From Candidatus Omnitrophota bacterium (GTDB lineage: Bacteria > Omnitrophota > Gorgyraeia > Aquiviventales > Aquiviventaceae): DNA of 55,754 bases. The notes under the pieces are model-generated. The model was not told the origin of the DNA, made no database searches, and saw nothing but the letters and a program-made list of their open reading frames with translations. The stretch is taken from assembly GCA_023247215.1 (NCBI GenBank), contig JAHFGX010000003.1, positions 1 to 55,754 of the forward strand. The letters are read 5' to 3'. How positions within the stretch are numbered: the first letter of the stretch is position 1; each line of letters opens with the position of its first letter. Both the position numbers and the translations under genes were made by a program. Positions 21,025-30,739 of this stretch are shown here, in pieces.

Positions 21025-22203
21025 ATGGTCGAGGTGGGGTTGACCGTGCAAAAAGCCAAGCGCTTGCAGGCACTGCCACCCTATCTCTTCGTCGAGCTGG
21101 ACCGCGCCCGACGGAAGCTCCAGGCCGCCGGCCACGACGTGATTGATTTGGGCGTGGGCGATCCGGATCTCCCGACTCCTCGTCCGGTGATTGAGCGGCT
21201 CGCCCAGGCGGCTCAGGACCCGGCGAACCACCGCTACAGCTTTACGGAAGGGCTGGGCGTGTTGCGCCAGGCCATTGCCGCGTGGTATCTCAAGCGGTTT
21301 CGCGTGTCCTTGGACCCGGCCACGGAAATCCTGCCGCTGCTGGGATCAAAGGAGGGGATTGCGCACCTGCCGTGGGCCGTGGTGAATCCAGGCGAAGCGG
21401 TGCTGGTGCCGGACCCGTGCTATCCGCCCTATCGCAGCGGCGCCATTCTGGCGGAAGCAGAAGTGATTAGTATGCCCCTGCGCGCTGAGATGGACTTCCT
21501 TCCGGACTTGGGCGACATCAATCAGCGCGCCGCGCACCGGTCCAAGCTGATGTTCCTGAATTATCCCAACAACCCGACGGCGGCCGTGGCTTCCGACGCC
21601 TTCTTTCAGGAAGCGGTCGAGCTGGCCCGGTCGTACGAGATCTTGATCGCGCACGATGCCGCGTACTCGGAGCTGGCCTTCGACGGCTACCGTCCCGCGA
21701 GCTTCCTGCAAGTGCCGGGCGCCAAAGAGGTCGGCATTGAGTTTCATAGCATCTCGAAGACGTTTCAAATGACCGGCTGGCGGGTCGGCTGGGCCTGCGG
21801 CAACGCCACGGCGATTGCCGCGCTCAACCAATTGAAGACGAACCTCGATTCCGGCATCTTCCAGCCGGTCCAGTATGCGGCGATCGCGGCGCTGGAGATG
21901 GATGAACAGCCCCTGCGCGAAGTGTGCGCCGTCTATCAGCAGCGCCGGGATGCCGTTGTGGACGGCTTGGCCCAAGCCGGATGGGCGATTCCGAAGCCGA
22001 GCGCGACCTTTTACCTCTGGGCGCCGGTGCCCGGCGGGGTATCGTCCATGGATTTTGCCCGCCGGGTCCTGGAGCAAGCCCATGTGGTCATCACGCCGGG
22101 CAGCGGGTTCGGGCCCAGCGGCGAAGGGTTCGTGCGGTTCTCCCTGACGGTGCCAGTCGAGCGGCTTCGGGAAGCCGTGGCGCGCATCGCCAAGGTCTTG
22201 TAA
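21025..22203 (+). CDS. dapL: LL-diaminopimelate aminotransferase (class I PLP aminotransferase)
   Basis: LPPYLF, DLGVGDPD, GSKEG, NYPNNPT, DAAYSE, SISKTFQMTGWRVG; lies within the dap cluster. Confidence 0.85.
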   Translation: MVEVGLTVQKAKRLQALPPYLFVELDRARRKLQAAGHDVIDLGVGDPDLPTPRPVIERLAQAAQDPANHRYSFTEGLGVLRQAIAAWYLKRFRVSLDPATEILPLLGSKEGIAHLPWAVVNPGEAVLVPDPCYPPYRSGAILAEAEVISMPLRAEMDFLPDLGDINQRAAHRSKLMFLNYPNNPTAAVASDAFFQEAVELARSYEILIAHDAAYSELAFDGYRPASFLQVPGAKEVGIEFHSISKTFQMTGWRVGWACGNATAIAALNQLKTNLDSGIFQPVQYAAIAALEMDEQPLREVCAVYQQRRDAVVDGLAQAGWAIPKPSATFYLWAPVPGGVSSMDFARRVLEQAHVVITPGSGFGPSGEGFVRFSLTVPVERLREAVARIAKVL

Positions 22204-22240
22204 TTCCTCGTTCGGCGGCATCCCCGCCAGCACCCAGCGC

Positions 22241-22723
22241 ATGGCACGCGTATTTCTCGGCCTCGGATCCAACGAAGGCGACCGTGCTTCATATATTTCC
22301 CAGGCCGTGCAGCGCTTGAGCGCCACCCCGGGCATCCGTGTTGTCCAGGCGGCGCCCCTCTATGAAACAGCCCCAGTGGGCGGCCCGCCCCAGCCGGATT
22401 ATCTGAATACCGCGGTGGAAATAGAAACCAGCCTGGAGCCGGAGCCCTTGTTGGCGGCGCTGAGGGCGTTGGAGCAGGCGCTTGGACGCTCGTCTTCGGA
22501 GGTTCGGTGGGGGCCGCGGCCCATTGACCTGGATATCTTGGTGTATGAGGATCGCGTGATGACCACGCCCGCCCTGACCATTCCGCACCCGCGCATGCAC
22601 GAGCGGCGATTCGTCTTGGAGCCGCTGGCGCAGTTGGCGCCGGGGCTTCGGCATCCGCTCCTGGGTCAATCCATTGACGAGTTGTTGAAGGCCAGCCATA
22701 TTCAGGAGCAGGAATGCAGATAA
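22241..22723 (+). CDS. folK: 6-hydroxymethyl-7,8-dihydropterin pyrophosphokinase
   Basis: LGLGSN, QPDYLN, RWGPRPIDLDIL, IPHPRMHERRFVL. Confidence 0.96.
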   Translation: MARVFLGLGSNEGDRASYISQAVQRLSATPGIRVVQAAPLYETAPVGGPPQPDYLNTAVEIETSLEPEPLLAALRALEQALGRSSSEVRWGPRPIDLDILVYEDRVMTTPALTIPHPRMHERRFVLEPLAQLAPGLRHPLLGQSIDELLKASHIQEQECR

Positions 22724-23562
22724 TTCGCTCGCTCGGGCGGATGGTGAAGGCCGCGCAGTCTGCGCGGCGGGCAGGGAAGACCATCGGGTTTGTCCCGACG
22801 ATGGGCGCGCTGCATGAGGGGCACCTGAGCCTGATCCGCGCCGCGCGCCGCGCGCACGACGTGGTGATCGTCAGCATCTTCGTCAACCCGCTGCAGTTCG
22901 GGCCGCGCGAGGATTATCGCCGGTATCCGAGGCCGTTTCGGCGCGACTCGGCGCTGGCGAAGCGGGCCGGCTGCGATGTGATCTTTGCGCCGACGGCCGC
23001 GGCGATGTATCCTGCGGGCCGCCGCACGATCGTGGACGTGACAGGGTTGAGCGAGCAGCTTGAGGGCGCTGCGCGTCCCGGCCATTTTCGCGGGGTCGCC
23101 ACCGTCGTGACGAAGCTGTTCCATCTCGTCCAGCCCACCACGGCGTATGTCGGCCAGAAAGATTATCAGCAGGCGCGCCTCATCCAACGCCTGGTGGAGG
23201 ACCTCAATCTTCCGCTGCGCGTCAAGGTGCTGCCGACGGTCCGGGAGCGCGACGGGCTGGCCATGAGCTCGCGCAATGTGTACCTCACGGCGGAACAGCG
23301 ATGGGAAGCTCCGGTCCTGGCGCGTGCGCTTCGGGCCGCGGCGGCGGAGATCCATCGGGGCACGCGGCGCGCCTCAACCGTGCGCGCCCGCTTCGCCCGC
23401 GCGATCGCCGAGGCTCCCCATGCGCGCCTGGACCGCCTCGATGTGGTGGACGCGTCCACCCTCCAGCCGCTCACCCGCCTGCGGGGGCGCGTGGCGATTC
23501 TCGCCGCCGTCCGCCTGGGACGCACGCGACTCATTGACAACATTCTCGTCGCTGTGCCATAA
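22714..23562 (+). CDS. panC: Pantoate--beta-alanine ligase
   Basis: PTMGALHEGH, SIFVNPLQF, RPGHFRGV, GQKDYQQ, GLAMSSRN, RLIDN. Confidence 0.97.
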   Translation: MQIIRSLGRMVKAAQSARRAGKTIGFVPTMGALHEGHLSLIRAARRAHDVVIVSIFVNPLQFGPREDYRRYPRPFRRDSALAKRAGCDVIFAPTAAAMYPAGRRTIVDVTGLSEQLEGAARPGHFRGVATVVTKLFHLVQPTTAYVGQKDYQQARLIQRLVEDLNLPLRVKVLPTVRERDGLAMSSRNVYLTAEQRWEAPVLARALRAAAAEIHRGTRRASTVRARFARAIAEAPHARLDRLDVVDASTLQPLTRLRGRVAILAAVRLGRTRLIDNILVAVP

Positions 23563-23584
23563 TGCCCTCGACGAGACACCGACG

Positions 23585-23968
23585 ATGCTTCGCACAGTCT
23601 GTAAATCCAAACTGCATGGCGCGCACGTGACGGAGGCCAACCTCCAGTACACGGGCAGCCTGACGCTGGATCCGCTGCTGATGCAGGCGGCCGACCTGGT
23701 CCCTTACGAACAGGTGCACGTGGTCAATGTGAACAACGGCGCCCGGTTCGAGACCTACTGCATTGAGGGCGCGCCGGGGTCCGGCACCGTCTGCCTCAAC
23801 GGGGCGGCCGCCCGCCTGGCCGTCGTGGAAGACAAGCTCATCGTGCTGTCATACGCCCACGTGACCGAAGAGGAGCTGGCTCAATTGGCCCCGAAGTTCG
23901 TGTTCCTCGATCAGGACAACCGCGTCGTCCGGATCGCGACCACCGAACTGGCGCATCAGATTGAATAA
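23585..23968 (+). CDS. panD: Aspartate 1-decarboxylase
   Basis: KSKLH, YTG-SL self-cleavage site, NGARFETY, LNGAAAR. Confidence 0.96.
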   Translation: MLRTVCKSKLHGAHVTEANLQYTGSLTLDPLLMQAADLVPYEQVHVVNVNNGARFETYCIEGAPGSGTVCLNGAAARLAVVEDKLIVLSYAHVTEEELAQLAPKFVFLDQDNRVVRIATTELAHQIE

Positions 23969-23977
23969 TTGTTGGGC

Positions 23978-24805
23978 ATGACCCGCGTGGGGCTTGTCGG
24001 GTGCGGGACGATTGGAACAGTCCTGGCGCAAACGATCGAGCGTGACTATTCTCGCCGTGCCACCATCGTGGCCTTGCATGATCACCTCCCAGCCCAAGCC
24101 AGCGCGCTTCAGCACCGGTTGGCGTCTCATCCTTCCATCCTCTCCTTGCCTCAATTGGTCCGGCGCAGCGACCTGGTCATCGAAGCGGCTGCCGCCTCAG
24201 CGGCTTCGCGCGTGGCCCAGTTGGCCCTTCAGGCGCATCGCCACGTCCTGATCATGAGCAGCGGCGGCTTACTGGCGGACCTGGGATGGCAGCGGATTGC
24301 GCGCCGCTCCCGCGGCCGCCTCTACGTGCCCAGCGGCGGGGTGAGCGGGCTGGACGGCGTCAAGGCTGTGGCGACCGGCGCGCTTCGGCGCGTGAGCTTG
24401 ACCACGCGCAAACCGCCTGCCGGATTGATGTCCGCCCCGTTCGTGCAGCGCCGCCGGATGGATCTGCGCCGCCTGCGCCGTCCCCGGCTCCTCTTTGAAG
24501 GGTCGCCTCGCGAAGCCGTCAGGGCATTTCCCCAGAACACCAACGTCGCAGCCACCCTCGCCTTGGCCTGCCTGTTGCAGGCGCCGGCCCGGTCGCGCCG
24601 GCCGGCCATCCGGGTGCGGGTGGTGGCGGATCCCTCGCTGCGCTGCAACGTGCACGAGGTCGAAGTGGACGGCGAGGTCGGCCGGGTGTCCTGCCGGATT
24701 GAGAGCCGCCCATCCTCGACGAATCCGAAAACCAGCGAGGTCGCCATCCGGTCGGCCCAGGTCGTCCTCCGGCAGATGTTTGGATCGGTTCAGGTCGGCA
24801 CGTAA
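23978..24805 (+). CDS. nadX: L-aspartate dehydrogenase
   Basis: GLVGCGTIG, VIEAA, PSGGVSGLD, TTRKPP, FPQNTNVAA, NPKTS. Confidence 0.9.
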   Translation: MTRVGLVGCGTIGTVLAQTIERDYSRRATIVALHDHLPAQASALQHRLASHPSILSLPQLVRRSDLVIEAAAASAASRVAQLALQAHRHVLIMSSGGLLADLGWQRIARRSRGRLYVPSGGVSGLDGVKAVATGALRRVSLTTRKPPAGLMSAPFVQRRRMDLRRLRRPRLLFEGSPREAVRAFPQNTNVAATLALACLLQAPARSRRPAIRVRVVADPSLRCNVHEVEVDGEVGRVSCRIESRPSSTNPKTSEVAIRSAQVVLRQMFGSVQVGT

Positions 24806-24849
24806 GCGTGGAGCGGAGAACACCAGCGATAGGAAGGGGGTGACTACAC

Positions 24850-24984
24850 GTGGCTGAGAAAGTGGCAAAGGTTGGGGTGAAGAAGGCTCGAGGGTACCTC
24901 TACTTTGTCGACAAGCAGGGCGACATCTCCCGGGCCAAGATGGCTCGCGGCGGACAGAAGCGTCGCGGCAGTCGACGACGATAA
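24850..24984 (+). CDS. Small basic hypothetical protein, 44 aa (absent from the ORF track)
   Basis: GTG start after purine-rich AGGAAGGGGG; reads MAEKVAKVGVKKARGYLYFVDKQGDISRAKMARGGQKRRGSRRR then TAA; followed by a terminator. Confidence 0.8.
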   Translation: MAEKVAKVGVKKARGYLYFVDKQGDISRAKMARGGQKRRGSRRR

Positions 24985-24997
24985 CGTAAGTCACCTC

Positions 24998-25049
24998 CAC
25001 AGCCCTCGTTGGTCGCCCACCGGCGGCCGGCGGGGGCTGTGTGTTTCTT
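24998..25049 (+). terminator. Intrinsic terminator after the small basic ORF
   Basis: 20-bp stem CACAGCCCTCGTTGGTCGCC / GGCGGCCGGCGGGGGCTGTG with four G-U pairs, then TGTTTCTT. Confidence 0.75.
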
Positions 25050-25055
25050 ATGCTC

Positions 25056-25188
25056 GGAGGTTCAGCTCGCCTCGCCGCTGGGCGCCCCCACCGTGGGCGC
25101 CTGCGCTCCACTGATTTTCTCGCTCGTCCCGCCTACGGCGGGACACCATGGCCGCTCGAAAATCAGAGGCGCGGCTCCGCTGACCTCC
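25056..25188. repeat. Nested palindromic element (REP/MITE-like or structured RNA)
   Basis: Outer GGAGG(T)TCAGC / GCTGACCTCC; inner GGCGCCC/GGGCGCC, CTGATTTTC/GAAAATCAG and GTCCCGCC-TAC-GGCGGGAC. Confidence 0.55.
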
Positions 25189-25278
25189 TCGCGGAACGCA
25201 GCACCTTTGAAGTGATCCGGCGAGGTCGAGGCGCGGCTCTATCGGCCTCCTCGCCGACGAGTGAGGCGTAAGCGTTTT

Positions 25279-25287
25279 TGGTATAAT
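25279..25287 (+). promoter_or_regulatory. Extended -10 promoter of uvrA (probably leaderless)
   Basis: TG-G-TATAAT ending 6 nt before ATG 25294; no Shine-Dalgarno. Confidence 0.7.
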
Positions 25288-25293
25288 TTGACG

Positions 25294-28107
25294 ATGTCCC
25301 ACGATGCGATTGTGATTCGAGGCGCGCGAGCGCACAATCTCAAGAACGTCAACCTGACCCTGCCCCGCAACCGGTTGATCGTCATGACCGGCCTCTCCGG
25401 CTCCGGCAAATCGTCGCTGGCATTCGATACCCTCTATGCCGAAGGGCAACGCCGGTACGTCGAGAGCCTCTCCGCCTATGCCCGGCAGTTCTTGGAGCGG
25501 CTTGACAAGCCGGAGGTGGATGCGATTGACGGCCTCTCGCCGGCCATCGCCATCGAGCAGCGCACCACCGGCGGCAATCCCCGCTCCACGGTCGCCACCC
25601 AGACGGAGATCTACGACTACCTGCGGGTGTTGTTCGCCCGGGCCGGCGAGCCGCATTGCCCCCGCTGCCGGGTGCCGATCAGCCAGCAAAGCGCCCAGGA
25701 GATCGTGGCCAACCTGTTGCGCCGGCCGGAGGGGACCGATATCGTCCTGCTCGCGCCGCTGGTGCGGGGCCGTAAAGGGGAAGCCCTGGAGGTGTTCCGC
25801 GACATCAAGCGCCAGGGATTCGTGCGGGCGCGGGTGGACGGGATGATTGTGGACCTGGATGAGGCGATTCGGTTGGACAAAAAGCGCGCCCACACCATCG
25901 AGGTCGTGGTGGACCGCCTGCCGATTGAGCCCTCAGCCAAATCGCGGCTGACGGAGTCGGTGGAAACCGCCCTGAAAGTCGGCAAGGGGCTGCTGATTGC
26001 CAGCTCGGCCAACGGCAAAGGCCGCGCCGCCGAAGATGCGGTGTTCAGCGAGCGGTATGCCTGCGCCCGGTGCGGGTTCAGCTTCCAAGAGATTTCTCCG
26101 CGCATCTTCTCCTTCAACTCGCCCTACGGCGCGTGCCCCACGTGCGACGGCCTTGGCACCAAATTGGAAATAGACGCGGAGCTGGTCGTGCCGGATCCCT
26201 CCAGGTCGCTGCGGGAGGGCGCGGTGGAACCCTGGCGTCGCGGCGGCCGGCACATGACGATGTACTACGCCCGGCTGCTGCGCGAGGTGGCGGACTATTA
26301 TAGGGTCAATCTCGATGAGCCGTTCCGCCGCTTGGGCCGCAAGTTCCAGAACACCCTCCTGTGGGGCTCGCCGGATGAGATTTGGGGCGGGCCGTTTGAG
26401 GGGGTCCTGCCGAACCTGGAGCGCCGCTTCCGGCAGACCGAGTCGGATTACGTGAAAGAAGAGATTGCGAAGTACATGAGCGTGCTGCCGTGTCCGGATT
26501 GCCGTGGTGCTCGCCTCAAACCGGAAAGCCTGGCCGTGCTGGTCCAATCCCGCTCCATCTATGACGTGACCACCTGGTCGGTGATTGAGGCCCACGCCTG
26601 GGTGCGGTCGCTGACCCTCACCGCGCGGCAGCAGGTGGTGGCCGAGCCGATCGTCAAGGAGATCGGCCTGCGCCTGCAGTTCCTCCTCGACGTGGGATTG
26701 GGATACCTCACGCTGGACCGGGCCTCCGCCACGCTCTCGGGAGGCGAGGCGCAGCGCATCCGCCTGGCCACGCAGGTGGGCTCCGGGCTGGTGGGCGTGC
26801 TCTATATTTTGGACGAACCTTCAATCGGGTTGCATCCAAGGGACAATGGGAAGCTGCTCGACACGCTGGAGCGGCTGCGGGACCTCGGCAATACGCTCGT
26901 CGTGGTGGAGCATGACGAAGCCACCATGCGGCGGGCGGATTACGTCGTGGATCTCGGCCCCGGGGCGGGGAAGCACGGCGGAGAGATCGTGGCGGCGGGC
27001 CCCTTGGAGGAGGTGCTGAAAGAACCGCGCAGCCTCACGGCCCAGTATCTCACCGGCGCGCGCGCCATTGCGGTGCCGCTGCGTCGGCGCCAGCTCGACA
27101 GCCGCCGCGCGCTCCTCATCAAAGGGGCGGCCGAGCATAACCTCAAGGGCGTGGACGTCGCCATTCCGCTGGGCGGGTTTGTCTGCGTGACGGGCGTGTC
27201 CGGCTCCGGGAAATCCACGCTGGTGGACGACATCCTGTATCGCGCGCTGGCGCGCCGTCTCTACAACAGCAAGGAGAAGCCCGGCAAGCACGAGGCCCTG
27301 CTTGGCGCGGAGCTTGTGGACAAGGTGATCGTCATTGACCAGTCGCCCATCGGCCGCACGCCGCGCTCGAATCCCGCCACCTATACCGGGGCGTTCGGCC
27401 CGATCCGCGAGCTGTTCAGCCGCACGCCGGAGGCCAAGCTGCGGGGATTCGAGCCCGGCCGGTTCAGCTTCAACGTCAAAGGGGGGCGCTGCGAAGCGTG
27501 CGAGGGCGACGGCATCAAGCGGATCGAGATGCATTTCCTGCCGGACGTGTACGTGCGCTGCGAGGTCTGCAAAGGGCGCCGGTTCAACGAGCAGACGCTG
27601 CAGGTGCTCTATAAAGGACGCTCCATCGCGGATGTCCTGGCCATGACGGTCGAGGACGCGCTCGAGCTGTTTGCCAACGTGCCGGCGATCGCCTCCGTCC
27701 TCCGGACGGTCCAGGACGTGGGGCTCGGGTACCTGGAGCTGGGCCAGCCTGCCACCACGCTGTCCGGCGGAGAGGCGCAGCGCATCAAGCTGGCCAAAGA
27801 GCTGTCCCGCCGGGCGACCGGTAAGACCCTCTACCTGTTGGATGAGCCGACGACCGGGCTGCATTTCGCCGATGTCGAAAAGCTGTTGGGGGTGCTGCAC
27901 CGGCTGGTGGACTACGGCAACACCGTCCTGGTCATCGAGCATAATCTCGAGGTGGTGAAAACCGCCGACCATGTGATTGACTTGGGTCCGGACGGCGGAG
28001 ATGCGGGCGGGCGCATTGTGGCGCAGGGGACTCCGGAAGCGGTGGCGCGGACGCCGGCCTCCTCCACTGGACGATTTTTGAAAGCGATCCTCGCTCACGT
28101 GACATGA
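25294..28107 (+). CDS. uvrA: Excinuclease ABC subunit A
   Basis: [18 protein letters not shown], two LSGGEAQRI signatures, CxxC Zn fingers, second Walker [10 protein letters not shown]. Confidence 0.98.
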   Translation: MSHDAIVIRGARAHNLKNVNLTLPRNRLIVMTGLSGSGKSSLAFDTLYAEGQRRYVESLSAYARQFLERLDKPEVDAIDGLSPAIAIEQRTTGGNPRSTVATQTEIYDYLRVLFARAGEPHCPRCRVPISQQSAQEIVANLLRRPEGTDIVLLAPLVRGRKGEALEVFRDIKRQGFVRARVDGMIVDLDEAIRLDKKRAHTIEVVVDRLPIEPSAKSRLTESVETALKVGKGLLIASSANGKGRAAEDAVFSERYACARCGFSFQEISPRIFSFNSPYGACPTCDGLGTKLEIDAELVVPDPSRSLREGAVEPWRRGGRHMTMYYARLLREVADYYRVNLDEPFRRLGRKFQNTLLWGSPDEIWGGPFEGVLPNLERRFRQTESDYVKEEIAKYMSVLPCPDCRGARLKPESLAVLVQSRSIYDVTTWSVIEAHAWVRSLTLTARQQVVAEPIVKEIGLRLQFLLDVGLGYLTLDRASATLSGGEAQRIRLATQVGSGLVGVLYILDEPSIGLHPRDNGKLLDTLERLRDLGNTLVVVEHDEATMRRADYVVDLGPGAGKHGGEIVAAGPLEEVLKEPRSLTAQYLTGARAIAVPLRRRQLDSRRALLIKGAAEHNLKGVDVAIPLGGFVCVTGVSGSGKSTLVDDILYRALARRLYNSKEKPGKHEALLGAELVDKVIVIDQSPIGRTPRSNPATYTGAFGPIRELFSRTPEAKLRGFEPGRFSFNVKGGRCEACEGDGIKRIEMHFLPDVYVRCEVCKGRRFNEQTLQVLYKGRSIADVLAMTVEDALELFANVPAIASVLRTVQDVGLGYLELGQPATTLSGGEAQRIKLAKELSRRATGKTLYLLDEPTTGLHFADVEKLLGVLHRLVDYGNTVLVIEHNLEVVKTADHVIDLGPDGGDAGGRIVAQGTPEAVARTPASSTGRFLKAILAHVT

Positions 28108-30170
28108 CGACGATCCGACGGATGGAGTGGCTTCTGGCATGGTGCCTCGCCTGGGCGCCTGTCGGTTTTCCGGCGTTTGCCCAAGCGCCGGCCTTCTCCG
28201 AAGAGGCGTACCAGGCGGTGCAGGGCGCATTTTTGCGGGAGGATTTTGCCGGCGTGGTCCGCCAGGCGCAGGGATGGCTCGCGCAGGAAGAGCCGCTGAC
28301 GCCTCAGCGGGCGCGGGTCTGGATGTGGAAAATTCTGAGCCTGGATCGCCTCGAACGGACCAGTGAAGCGCTGCGGGAGCTGGATCGGGTGAAAGCGCAA
28401 TTGGCGCGGCTGCCGGTTGCGCAAGCCAATGCGCTCTGGCCGGAGGTGTTGTTTTGGGAAGGCGAGCTGAGCCGCCATGCCGCCCGCTGGGGGCGGGCCC
28501 AGGCGGCCTATGATCGGTTGGTCGCCTTCTATCCAGCGTCATCCTGGCGCGCGGCCGCCCATTTCGGGTGGGGGATTGCGCTGTTCCAGCAGCGCGCTTA
28601 TGACGAAGCCGCCGGGCAATTCCGCGAGGCGGCCCGTCGAGCCTCCGGCTCCGCGCTCGCGCGGGATGCGCGCCTGTCGGAGGTGGCCTGCGCGCTTCAG
28701 CGGCAGCAATTTGACGACGCGCTTCGCTTGATCCAGGAAGCCGCGGCGTCCGAGCTTTCGCCGGAGCAGCAGGCGCAGGCGCGAGTCTATCAAGGGCAGG
28801 CGCTGACCGGTCTCAACCGGTTCGAAGAAGCCTCCGGGGTTTTCCAGCAGGCGCTCGCCATCGACCCCGCATCCCAGTGGACGGCCTTGGCGTATTTCGG
28901 ACGCGGGTGGAGCGAATTTCAGCAGCAACGCTGCGCGGAGAGCCTCGAGGCTCTTCATGGGTATCTCGCGAGAGGCGGGTCTGCGTCAAGGCCGGAGGTG
29001 CTGCTCATGCAAGGCCGGTGCGCGCTGGAACGCGGCGACGTGGAGCGCGGGATGCGCGCCCTGGACGCGGTCATCACGGCCCAGCCTCCATCGGATCCGT
29101 TCGCGGTCGAAGCCCGGTTGGGACTCGCCCAAGCGCTGCAGCGGCAACGGGAGTTTAGCCGGGCCTCGGCGCTGCTCCGGGCTGCGGTTGGCGCAGTGGC
29201 TGATCCGCTGCTCCGAGATCGCCTGCGGCTGCAGCTTGGCTCCGCCTATCTCGCTCAGGGGGCGCTCGAGCAGGCCCGGGCCCAATTTGCTGCCGTGGAA
29301 GGCCGCGCGGCCCCGCAGGTGCGCCAAGCGGCGCAATTGGGACTCGGAGATGCGTGGATGGTGGCGGGAGATGCGGAGCAGGCCATGCGGTACTATGAAG
29401 AAGCCAGACAGGCCGCTCCGGAAAGCGATCCGGGATTGCTGGCCGCCTACCGGTTGGGCCGCACGAAGTTGCGGGCGGGGGCCGCAGACGAGGCCGCGGT
29501 CTTGTTTGAGTTTGTGATCCAGCATGCCTCCTGGCCGCCGGAGGCTCGCGGGCCGAATGCTCCGCTGGCGCCGGCCGAACAGCTCACCATTGACGCACGG
29601 CTGGCGTTGGCGTTGGCTGAGTTGGCCGCGGGCCGGGCGGAGGAAGCTCGCGCCCAGCTCATCTGGGTGCAAGAGCAGGAAGCGTGGACGCCGCAAGCTA
29701 TCCGGTCGGACTATTATCTCGCGCTGCTGTCCGCCCAAACCGGGGCGGCGCAGGATGCGCGTGCCAGATGCGAACGCCTTCTGGCGTCCGCCCCGGAGGC
29801 CGAAGAGGCCGTGGAGGCGCGTCTGCTCTTGGCGGACCTGGCGCATCGTGATTCCCGGCTGAGCGAAGCGATTCGATGGTATGAGGAGGCCGCAGGCCTC
29901 GCACCGGAGCGGCGCAGCCAGCTTGACTATCAAGTCGCCTCATGTTACGAAGAAGGCGGGGACATGACGGTCGCGGTGCACCGGTATCGCGCCATTGACG
30001 AGGCTCCTTGGAGCGTTCGAGGGGAGTTGGCAGCGGCCAGGTTGTTTGAACGCGAAGAGCAGTGGGCTGAGGCTGAGAAAATTTACCAAGCGCTGGCGCG
30101 CGAGCCGGTCCCGGAAGCCAAGCTGGCCCAGGAACGGTTAGCCGCGCTGCGTCAGCAACCGACTGACTAG
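28104..30170 (+). CDS. Exported tetratricopeptide-repeat protein
   Basis: Signal peptide ending AFA-Q; many helical TPR-like repeats; ATG overlaps the uvrA stop. Confidence 0.8.
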   Translation: MTTIRRMEWLLAWCLAWAPVGFPAFAQAPAFSEEAYQAVQGAFLREDFAGVVRQAQGWLAQEEPLTPQRARVWMWKILSLDRLERTSEALRELDRVKAQLARLPVAQANALWPEVLFWEGELSRHAARWGRAQAAYDRLVAFYPASSWRAAAHFGWGIALFQQRAYDEAAGQFREAARRASGSALARDARLSEVACALQRQQFDDALRLIQEAAASELSPEQQAQARVYQGQALTGLNRFEEASGVFQQALAIDPASQWTALAYFGRGWSEFQQQRCAESLEALHGYLARGGSASRPEVLLMQGRCALERGDVERGMRALDAVITAQPPSDPFAVEARLGLAQALQRQREFSRASALLRAAVGAVADPLLRDRLRLQLGSAYLAQGALEQARAQFAAVEGRAAPQVRQAAQLGLGDAWMVAGDAEQAMRYYEEARQAAPESDPGLLAAYRLGRTKLRAGAADEAAVLFEFVIQHASWPPEARGPNAPLAPAEQLTIDARLALALAELAAGRAEEARAQLIWVQEQEAWTPQAIRSDYYLALLSAQTGAAQDARARCERLLASAPEAEEAVEARLLLADLAHRDSRLSEAIRWYEEAAGLAPERRSQLDYQVASCYEEGGDMTVAVHRYRAIDEAPWSVRGELAAARLFEREEQWAEAEKIYQALAREPVPEAKLAQERLAALRQQPTD

Positions 30171-30187
30171 GTTACCAGGGAGGAGAG

Positions 30188-30394
30188 ATGATTACAGAGA
30201 TCGGCATTGTCGCTGGAGAAATTTGGCACTACCTGGATGAGCATGGGGAGGTGGTGTTTTCGAAGTTGCAGAAGGGGATTGACCGCCCCAAGGAACTGGC
30301 GCTCATGAGCTTGGGGTGGCTGGCGCGCGAGGGACATGTGGTGGTCAACCAGCACGGGCAGGATTTCCGCGTGGCGCTTCGCCGGCCCTCGTAG
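30188..30394 (+). CDS. Small winged-helix protein (DUF2582-like)
   Basis: EIGIVAGEIWHYL...MSLGWLAREG pattern; GGAGGAG Shine-Dalgarno. Confidence 0.8.
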   Translation: MITEIGIVAGEIWHYLDEHGEVVFSKLQKGIDRPKELALMSLGWLAREGHVVVNQHGQDFRVALRRPS

Positions 30395-30406
30395 AGCTCG
30401 CACCGC

Positions 30407-30739
30407 ATGACGTCGGACGAAGTCGTGGTCTTCGTGACCTGCCCGCGCGGCCGGGTCGCGCAGCGATTAGCGACGGTCGTCGTGACCAAGCGCCTGGCCG
30501 CCTGTGTGAACATCGTGCCCGCGGTGCGCTCCGTGTTCCGGTGGCAAGGGAACGTGGATCAGGCGGAGGAGGCGCTGCTGCTGATCAAGACCACCGCCCG
30601 CCGGTTTCCAGCGCTGTCTCGAGCCATCAAAGCGGCCCATCCCTATGACGTGCCGGAGATTATCGCCCTGCCGATCACGCAGGGGTTGGCTCCGTATCTG
30701 GCGTGGGTGTCATCGAGCGTCGCCCTCACCACACGATAA
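30407..30739 (+). CDS. cutA: Divalent-cation tolerance protein CutA
   Basis: RLAACVN, SVFRWQG, LIKT, HPYDVPEI. Confidence 0.95.
   Translation: MTSDEVVVFVTCPRGRVAQRLATVVVTKRLAACVNIVPAVRSVFRWQGNVDQAEEALLLIKTTARRFPALSRAIKAAHPYDVPEIIALPITQGLAPYLAWVSSSVALTTR

Noticed and set aside
25190-25293. LexA/SOS box upstream of uvrA
   Set aside because: No CTGT-N8-ACAG or GAAC-N4-GTTC match seen; a lineage-specific box cannot be excluded
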